DNA from: Bacillota bacterium
GTDB taxonomy: Bacteria; Bacillota; JAAYKD01
Direction of reading: 5' to 3'
DNA length: 64,000 nucleotides
NCBI GenBank assembly: GCA_963666425.2
Contig: OY762825.2
Location: 2,336,001-2,400,000, forward strand
The first letter of the stretch is position 1, and every line of letters starts with the position of its first letter. The notes beneath the pieces are model-generated. The model was not told where the DNA came from. It saw only the letters and a list, made by a program, of their open reading frames with translations, and made no database searches. Positions 57,372-64,000 of this stretch are shown in pieces. The position numbers and the translations under genes are program-made.

Positions 57372-57587
57372 TTAATCACCGATATAGGTGAAACGTTGAT
57401 ATTTCTTGCCATCTCGTTCGACTGTTTGGTTCCACATCGCTGCCGGACGCACCCAGACTCCGCCTTCACCGTAAAGAGCGCGGTAGACCACCATCGGCTC
57501 CAGTGTTTCGGAGTGTTTTGCCAGGTAAAGCACCTCGTATTCATTGCCTTTAAAATGCTGCCAACGTCCTATTTTGATCTCATCCAT
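57372..57587 (-). CDS. DUF1653 family protein
   Basis: WQHFKGNEY, HSETLE..VVYRALYG..WVRP..RF. Confidence 0.9.
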   Translation of the reverse strand: MDEIKIGRWQHFKGNEYEVLYLAKHSETLEPMVVYRALYGEGGVWVRPAAMWNQTVERDGKKYQRFTYIGD

Positions 57588-57885
57588 GCTGCAACCTCCT
57601 TGTCTTAAAAAATGCTATGCAAATGGTTTGGATTTTGATTTGTAATGAGAATTTATCGTATTATAGCATGGAAGAAGCAACAGAAACAATCTTTGCTTTT
57701 AAAAAACGAATAGCACTGCTCATTCAAATCCTATTTTTCTAAGATTCCCCAAGTAATAAAGGCAGTTGTTGGCCGATCAGAATAAAAAAAAGAGGTTATC
57801 TCAGAATAATCGCGGTATTATTCTGAATAATCTCTTTTTCATATACTTTTATGGCAAAATATCTGCCATAAGATCTTGAACGATC

Positions 57886-58530
57886 TTATTGGATTGGTTT
57901 TTCAGGCTCGTCTGGGAGTTTATTAATTTCCTTATACGGTGCTTTTGGCACATCATTGAGCCCTTTTTTAAAAATTTCTTCCACTCTGGCATCTTTGGCT
58001 TTCATCGCTTTCGCATCTTCGAGCGGCTTTGTTTTTAGATCTACCAATGGTAAGATCGGCTCTTTGAATTGATTTTCTGTGGGATCAGCCGGTCCCTGAT
58101 AGAATTCCTCATCGTCCAAATCAACAGGTTTTGCAGGTTTCATCGGTATGTCGCTGTCGTGCTTCATTAAGTTGTTGACCGTAGCTGTGACCTTTGTCGG
58201 AGATTTGTGCACCATCTGTTCCGATGCGGGTTTTGCTTCGTCTAGCCGATCATCAAATGGCTCAGTAGGCATTTTGATTTCCAAATTATTCGATACATCG
58301 TAGAAACCTTCTCTAAAGGTTTCTTCAACATCAGCGGACTGATCCGGTTCCTTCTTCGTGTCATCAACCATTTTTTTCATGCTGGGGGAGGCAATCGGAC
58401 TCGGATCATCCCGGATGAACTCCGAAGTGTGAAGCGATCCGATGACAAGTTCATCGGGAATGGCGCAGCTTGTGCCTTTTTCAATGGGTAGATCAGCCTT
58501 TTTTTCGATTGGTTTGTTCATGTCTTTCAT
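57886..58530 (-). CDS. Hypothetical Pro/Asp/Lys-rich low-complexity protein
   Basis: 214-aa open frame with internally repeated VEE(T/I)F..G..DV; no recognised domain. Confidence 0.55.
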   Translation of the reverse strand: MKDMNKPIEKKADLPIEKGTSCAIPDELVIGSLHTSEFIRDDPSPIASPSMKKMVDDTKKEPDQSADVEETFREGFYDVSNNLEIKMPTEPFDDRLDEAKPASEQMVHKSPTKVTATVNNLMKHDSDIPMKPAKPVDLDDEEFYQGPADPTENQFKEPILPLVDLKTKPLEDAKAMKAKDARVEEIFKKGLNDVPKAPYKEINKLPDEPEKPIQ

Positions 58531-59216
58531 TGCTTTTACACTTCTTTCTTGATAGCGCTGTCATTATCATGATCAGCTACAGCATTACTTTATCAATCAA
58601 CATGCAGCTAGGTTGGCTCTCCAAATTGATAAATCACATACTGAGGAGCTTATAGGATCTGTAAGTTTTTTGAACGACAAAAGTGGAAAACTTCTCGCAG
58701 AAGAGCTTTTCATTAGATTATAATCCTTATTCCGTTCACTTCATAGGTGAAGGAACTACGCGGATGACAGCGCAGCAATCAATTTGCCGATTTCCTTTGC
58801 TAGCAGTTTGTAAAAGCAAAAGCTAGTATGAAATCGAATCGAAAGGTTGTTCTACTCTGAGCCGAAACATTGATGTTTCGATTTTTAGGTAGATTGAATT
58901 TGAAAACCGGAAACCTGCTTAAAACAGTCCTCTAATTTTCTCAATTGGAGTAAGTGTTGTGATATGAAGTTTAACCGAGCTGCATGCTGATCACTAAGAT
59001 CATCATAATATATTTATAACAATTTGTCAATATATAACTATAATTAAATTTATAACTATCATGCTAAATATATGTCCATAATCATGAAATATAAGGACCG
59101 TAGATTTTGGATTCCGTTGAAGAACAGCCTGGATCTTGTTTTCAAACGTGCATGGGAACAGATAAGGGATCGGAGGAAGTAAATACCGGCAGGTATAAGA
59201 ATGAAAACCGAAACAG

Positions 59217-59247
59217 AAAGGCGGCAAAAATACTTTTTGCCGCCTTT
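59217..59247. terminator. Hairpin terminator downstream of the large repeat protein
   Basis: AAAGGCGGCAAAAA-tac-TTTTTGCCGCCTTT. Confidence 0.7.
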
Positions 59248-59338
59248 GCCTATTTAGCATGGTTGGGTTCACGCTGTTTGTCTGGTTTGGGATATGAAGT
59301 CATCAAAAGCCGTCACTGCTTTCGAGTAAGCGGTGAAT

Positions 59339-62300
59339 CTACCAACCATAAATGGCTATTTGCAGATCATATGAATTTGTAAACTCCTGAGTGATAAGAA
59401 GCTCATTCGTGCTGAAGGGGCCATAACCATCCAGGTATAAGCCAAGTAAAGCTGCATTGTTTGTAAGGGCTGCATCGATTGTATCTACAGTAGCGGCATT
59501 GATTTCAGCAAATGCTGCTTCAGCAGCAGGCGCGTTGGTTACCGCTAAATTGAAGGCAGTATGCACTTCTGCGATATTATTATACGAACTCACGAAATAC
59601 TGTGTATATACGAGATATCCCTGGACTGTGATTTGACCAGCAGGTGATAGCGAATTATAATTCGTTAAATCCAAGCCAAATGCTGTTGCATTGTCAGTGA
59701 TTACGGCAGCAATCGTATCCATCGCAGCCATGTTGATTTGGTTAAGCACATCGACTGTGAGGTCATAGAGGATGGTATCAATTGCTATTTGTAAATCATA
59801 AGAGTTTGTAAACTCCTGAGAGTCCAGTGATGTATTTACCGTGAGCTGGTCGGTATAAAGAACATAACTATCCAAGTTTAGCCCAAGTAACGCCGCATTA
59901 TTTACCAGCGATTCACCTAGTGCAGCAGCAGTTGCGTTATTGATCTCAGCCAATGCAGCTTCAGCAGCCGGGGTGTTGAGTACTGCCAAATCCAAATCCG
60001 TTTGCAGATCTAGAGCAGTTGTATAGAAACCTGTAGAATATATTTCCAATAGTAGGTATCCATTCACGATAGTTTGAGTCTGAGCTGTTAATAAATTGTA
60101 ACTCGTCAAATCCAAGGCCAGTATGGCTGCATTGTTATTCAGTGCTGCAGCCATTGTATCCACAGCCGCATAGTTAATTTCATCAAATGTAACGGATACC
60201 ACAGCCTGGTCAAATACATTCTTGATATCAGCTAAAGTAGCGAATGACGGAGCGTCAATCATGGTCTGCTGAACCTGCAATTTCTGATCTGCATTCATCA
60301 GGCTGTAATCTGGTAGATTTAACCCGATGGCATCACCAAACTGGGTTATCAATCCGGGCATATATGTCATGGACCGTCCTAGATTGAAGTTGTTTAAAAT
60401 ACTGGCTGTATTCGTCACTGTAACAAAACAGCTTGCTTTTATGCCGCCATCTACTGTTGTTACAGTAACGGTTGCGATTCCTAACTTCAATCCTGTGACG
60501 AGACCATTGACTACACTCACGGTGTTTGAGGTGCCTGCTGCTGCCCAAGTCACATTTTTATTGGGAGCGTCGAGCGGCAATATAGTAGCAGTCAGCGTAT
60601 CTGTCATACTGAGCAGCATCGATGTGGTTGTTTTATTCAGCGTTACCTTTATAATGTTTATTTGGTAAGTTGTTATCTTTCCTCCGACTGTAATCGTCAG
60701 CGACTGATCAATCACCGGGGATGTGCTATTAAAACCGGTAATATTTGCGGCTGTGATCGGCTCAACCGTTGTATGGCTGTCATTGTAAGTACCAGTGACA
60801 ACAAGCCCTTTGATGTCCAGTAAATCGTTGATCGTGTAAGTTGTTTTTGTAGCGGGTGTAGTGATAGCGATACTGCTCAATGTTACGGGCACTGTGATGA
60901 TGGCAGCCTGGTAAGCAGCGGTTGCCTGATCCAATACTGTTGCAGCATTTAGAAATTCCAGTTCTGATGTTTCTGTTGTTAGCAGTGCAACAGCCGTTGA
61001 TATCGCTGTATCCAGCGTATCATTCACTGCTTGCGTCACCCAGCTTTCTCTGGGTAATACATCCGTTCCATCCGCACTGATGATGATATCGACTTTAGCT
61101 TCATTCGCTGCTGCGATGGCTGTGTCTAAAAACCATGGATCCAGAACTGTAATGGTTGCTGCGCTAGGAGCTATAAATCCCGCGATAAACGTTGCTTGGC
61201 TGGGTGCAATGGTATATTCCGTTGTGTATGCGATGACGGTCGGACTGCTGCCGCCTGCTACAGTGAGTGTTGCCGTTTTGTTTTCATTTGATAAGAGAAC
61301 ATTGGTAACAGCACCCAATTCGCCCGGAGCAATTCCACCCAGTATCCAATTGCTGACAATCAACCCATCGATTGGATCAAATGCTCCGGTCAGTAAGGTA
61401 TAGGTAATGGTCTGTCTTCCTGCCAGAGCTTTTGCTTCCCCGATTGCTAGTGGATCAGAAAGAATTGATACAACCACAGCACCAGGAGAGGAGTAACCGA
61501 AAGTGGCAAACATCGCATTTGCCGGAGTCAGGGTATATACCATGGTGTTTGCACCAACCATACCGCTTACAGTAAGGTTTGCAGTTTTATTGCTATTTGT
61601 CAAGGAGATGCTTGTGATTATCCCCAAGTCACTTGCATTTGCACCGCCTAGAATCCAGTTATCGACTACAATACCTTCTATTGAATCAAAGGTTCCAATT
61701 GTAAGAGCAAAGGAAATTGTTTGTGTTCCTGTGGTTGCCATGGCATTTCCTGCTGCCATGGGGTCTAAAACTGATATGATTTCAGCAGCTGGTGCAATAA
61801 AGTCAACTGTAAAAGCTGCTTGCGCAGGTGCAATGGTGTAATCCACAGTAAATGCCCATGCAGTTCCCGATATGGATATGGTTGCTGTCTTATTGTTGTT
61901 GGATAAGGCAATGCTTGTAATATCCCCTAAATCAGAGGCAGCTGTTCCGCCCAAAGTCCAATTGTTGATTACGATACCTGCTGCTGCATCAAAAGCACCC
62001 GTTGTCAGAGTGTAGGTAATCGTGCTTGTATTTGAAACCGCTGTAGCAACACCTACCGCAGCAACTGATGTTTCTACTCCAGCCATGCCGGAGGTTGCTG
62101 TGTTTTGGGCTGAAGTGACTGCAGCAAGGTCCAGAGCCGCATCGATCGCTGTATCACCGGCTGTTTTAAAGCCGGTCAAAGCAATCCAATTGGCAGGTGT
62201 ATAATTCGCTTCGGTATAGGTGGCTAAGGCAGTCGTCAGCACACCGTGTGCGGTTGTTTTTGCCGCCGCTAAGGTTGCTGCGATGGTTTCGACGCCAGTC

Positions 62301-64000
62301 ATACCTGCAGTTGCTGTGTTTTGGGCTGAAGTGACTGCAGCAAGGTCCAGAGCCGCATCGATCGCTGTATCACCGGCTGTTTTGAAGCCGGTTAAGGCAA
62401 TCCAATTGGCAAGTGTATAATTCGCTTCGGTATAGGTGGCTAAGGCAGTCGTCAGCACACCGTGTGCGGTTACTTTGGCAGCAGCCAATGTTTGAGCAAT
62501 CGTCTCTACTCCAGTCATACCTGCAGTTGCTGTGTTTTGGGCTGAAGTGACTGCAGCAAGGTCCAGAGCCGCATCGATCGCTGTATCACCGGCTGTTTTG
62601 AAGCCGGTTAAGGCAATCCAATTGGCAAGTGTATAATTCGCTTCGGTATAGGTGGCTAAGGCAGTCGTCAGCACACCGTGTGCGGTTACTTTGGCAGCAG
62701 CCAATGTTTGAGCAATCGTCTCTACTCCAGTCATTCCTGCAGTTGCTGTGTTTTGGGCTGAAGTGACTGCAGCAAGATTCAGAGCCGCATCGATCGCTGT
62801 ATCACCAGTTGTTTTGAAGCCGGTCAAGACAATCCAATTGGCAAGTGTATAATTCGCTTCGGTATAGGTGGCTAAGGCAGTCGTCAGCACACCGTGTGCG
62901 GTTACTTTGGCAGCAGCCAATGTTTGAGCAATCGTCTCTACTCCAGTCATTCCTGCAGTTGCTGTGTTTTGGGCTGAAGTGACTGCAGCAAGATTCAGAG
63001 CCGCATTGATCGCTGTATCACCAGTTGTTTTGAAGCCGGTCAAGACAATCCAATTGGCAAGTGTATAATTCGCTTCGGTATAGGTGGCTAAGGCAGTCGT
63101 CAGCACACCGTGTGCGGTTACTTTGGCAGCAGCCAACGTTTGAGCAATCGTCTCTACTCCAACCATAGCGGAGGTTGTTGTGTTTTGGGTTGAAGTGACT
63201 GCAGCAAGGTCCAGAGCCGCATCGATCGCTGTATCGCCGGCTGTTTTGAAGCCGGTCAAGACAATCCAATTGGCAGGCGTATAATTCGCTTCTGTATAGG
63301 TGGCTAAGGCAGTCGTCAGCACACCGTGTGCGGTTACTTTGGCAGCAGCCAACGTTTGAGCAATCGTCTCTACTCCAACCATAGCGGAGGTTGTTGTGTT
63401 TTGGGTTGAAGTGACTGCAGCAAGGTCCAGAGCCGCATCGATCGCTGTATCGCCGGCTGTTTTGAAGCCGGTCAAGACAATCCAATTGGCAGGCGTATAA
63501 TTCGCTTCTGTATAGGTGGCTAAGGCAGTCGTCAGCACACCGTGTGCGGTTGTTTTTGCCGCCGCTAAGGTTGCTGCGATGGTTTCGACGCCAGTCATAC
63601 CTGCAGTTGCTGTGTTTTGGGCTGAAGTGACTGCAGCAAGGTCCAGAGCCGCATCGATCGCTGTATCACCGGCTGTTTTGAATCCGGTTAAGGCAATCCA
63701 ATTGGCAAGTGTATAATTCGCTTCGGTATAGGTGGCTAAGGCAGTCGTTAGCACACCGTGTGCGGTTACTTTGGCAGCAGCCAATGTTTGAGCAATCGTC
63801 TCTACTCCAGTCATTCCTGCAGTTGCTGTGTTTTGGGCTGAAGTGACTGCAGCAAGGTCCAGAGCCGCATCGATCGCTGTATCACCGGCTGTTTTGAATC
63901 CGGTCAAGACAATCCAATTGGCCGGTATATAGTTCGCTTCGGTATAGGTAGTTAAGGCAGTCGTCAGCACACCGTGTGCGGTTGTTTTTGCCGCCGCTAA
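59339..64000 (-). CDS. Giant repetitive surface protein, 3' part (5' end beyond window): 72-aa helical repeats, three beta-rich repeats, FIVAR-like and Ig-like (Big_3/Big_2) domains, C-terminal helical repeats
   Basis: Frame open to the window edge; LSSIAITTPATKTTY..GLVVTGTY (Big_3-like) and LTATILPLDAPNKNVTW..VTTVDGG (Big_2-like). Confidence 0.88.
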   Translation of the reverse strand, partial: LAAAKTTAHGVLTTALTTYTEANYIPANWIVLTGFKTAGDTAIDAALDLAAVTSAQNTATAGMTGVETIAQTLAAAKVTAHGVLTTALATYTEANYTLANWIALTGFKTAGDTAIDAALDLAAVTSAQNTATAGMTGVETIAATLAAAKTTAHGVLTTALATYTEANYTPANWIVLTGFKTAGDTAIDAALDLAAVTSTQNTTTSAMVGVETIAQTLAAAKVTAHGVLTTALATYTEANYTPANWIVLTGFKTAGDTAIDAALDLAAVTSTQNTTTSAMVGVETIAQTLAAAKVTAHGVLTTALATYTEANYTLANWIVLTGFKTTGDTAINAALNLAAVTSAQNTATAGMTGVETIAQTLAAAKVTAHGVLTTALATYTEANYTLANWIVLTGFKTTGDTAIDAALNLAAVTSAQNTATAGMTGVETIAQTLAAAKVTAHGVLTTALATYTEANYTLANWIALTGFKTAGDTAIDAALDLAAVTSAQNTATAGMTGVETIAQTLAAAKVTAHGVLTTALATYTEANYTLANWIALTGFKTAGDTAIDAALDLAAVTSAQNTATAGMTGVETIAATLAAAKTTAHGVLTTALATYTEANYTPANWIALTGFKTAGDTAIDAALDLAAVTSAQNTATSGMAGVETSVAAVGVATAVSNTSTITYTLTTGAFDAAAGIVINNWTLGGTAASDLGDITSIALSNNNKTATISISGTAWAFTVDYTIAPAQAAFTVDFIAPAAEIISVLDPMAAGNAMATTGTQTISFALTIGTFDSIEGIVVDNWILGGANASDLGIITSISLTNSNKTANLTVSGMVGANTMVYTLTPANAMFATFGYSSPGAVVVSILSDPLAIGEAKALAGRQTITYTLLTGAFDPIDGLIVSNWILGGIAPGELGAVTNVLLSNENKTATLTVAGGSSPTVIAYTTEYTIAPSQATFIAGFIAPSAATITVLDPWFLDTAIAAANEAKVDIIISADGTDVLPRESWVTQAVNDTLDTAISTAVALLTTETSELEFLNAATVLDQATAAYQAAIITVPVTLSSIAITTPATKTTYTINDLLDIKGLVVTGTYNDSHTTVEPITAANITGFNSTSPVIDQSLTITVGGKITTYQINIIKVTLNKTTTSMLLSMTDTLTATILPLDAPNKNVTWAAAGTSNTVSVVNGLVTGLKLGIATVTVTTVDGGIKASCFVTVTNTASILNNFNLGRSMTYMPGLITQFGDAIGLNLPDYSLMNADQKLQVQQTMIDAPSFATLADIKNVFDQAVVSVTFDEINYAAVDTMAAALNNNAAILALDLTSYNLLTAQTQTIVNGYLLLEIYSTGFYTTALDLQTDLDLAVLNTPAAEAALAEINNATAAALGESLVNNAALLGLNLDSYVLYTDQLTVNTSLDSQEFTNSYDLQIAIDTILYDLTVDVLNQINMAAMDTIAAVITDNATAFGLDLTNYNSLSPAGQITVQGYLVYTQYFVSSYNNIAEVHTAFNLAVTNAPAAEAAFAEINAATVDTIDAALTNNAALLGLYLDGYGPFSTNELLITQEFTNSYDLQIAIYGW
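62071..64000 (-). repeat. About nine near-identical 216-bp (72-aa) tandem repeats, continuing beyond the window
   Basis: AQTLAAAKVTAHGVLTTALATYTEANYTLANWIALTGFKTAGDTAIDAALDLAAVTSAQNTATAGMTGVETI. Confidence 0.95.

Noticed and set aside
58660-59200. Possible ncRNA or res site in the long intergenic region
   Set aside because: Only short scattered hairpins (e.g. CGAAACAT-tg-ATGTTTCG); no recognisable family or coherent structure.

Overview
64 kb of a Bacillota (Firmicutes)-type chromosome, inferred from SLH domains, a T-box, sigA/sigH-like promoters and a type IV pilus locus without a secretin. (1) 1-9.7 kb is an accessory patchwork downstream of tRNA-Lys(CTT). Four near-identical ~60-bp palindromes (REP-doublet-like) plus one variant half-unit sit at the junctions between unrelated gene modules: a serine-recombinase remnant, a PAS kinase/response-regulator set with shared 21-aa repeats, a frameshifted HsdR-N nuclease, PAP2-DegV/TetR, and a Y-family polymerase-YolD pair fused to a PhnB remnant. 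(2) An O-antigen-ligase-like gene precedes a type IV pilus operon (five pilins, pilC/M/N/O/B/T, GLUG-SLH protein) with tandem sigH-like promoters. (3) Core and metabolic genes: oadG-oadB behind a probable Na+ riboswitch, ftsH, a repeat-bearing methyltransferase, acpS, alr, three amidohydrolases, a GT-A-like gene with a structured leader, lysE, gltX and T-box-ileS. (4) A small decayed island: broken IS1182, an HTH / ImmA-IrrE peptidase / PIN / DUF2188 operon and a recombinase remnant. (5) pepA; an rsgA-GNAT operon with a leader-peptide attenuator; a DUF5685/J-domain/DnaK-paralog neighbourhood; and the 3' part of a giant tandem-repeat surface protein running off the window. All calls come from reading motifs by eye; no database searches were run.
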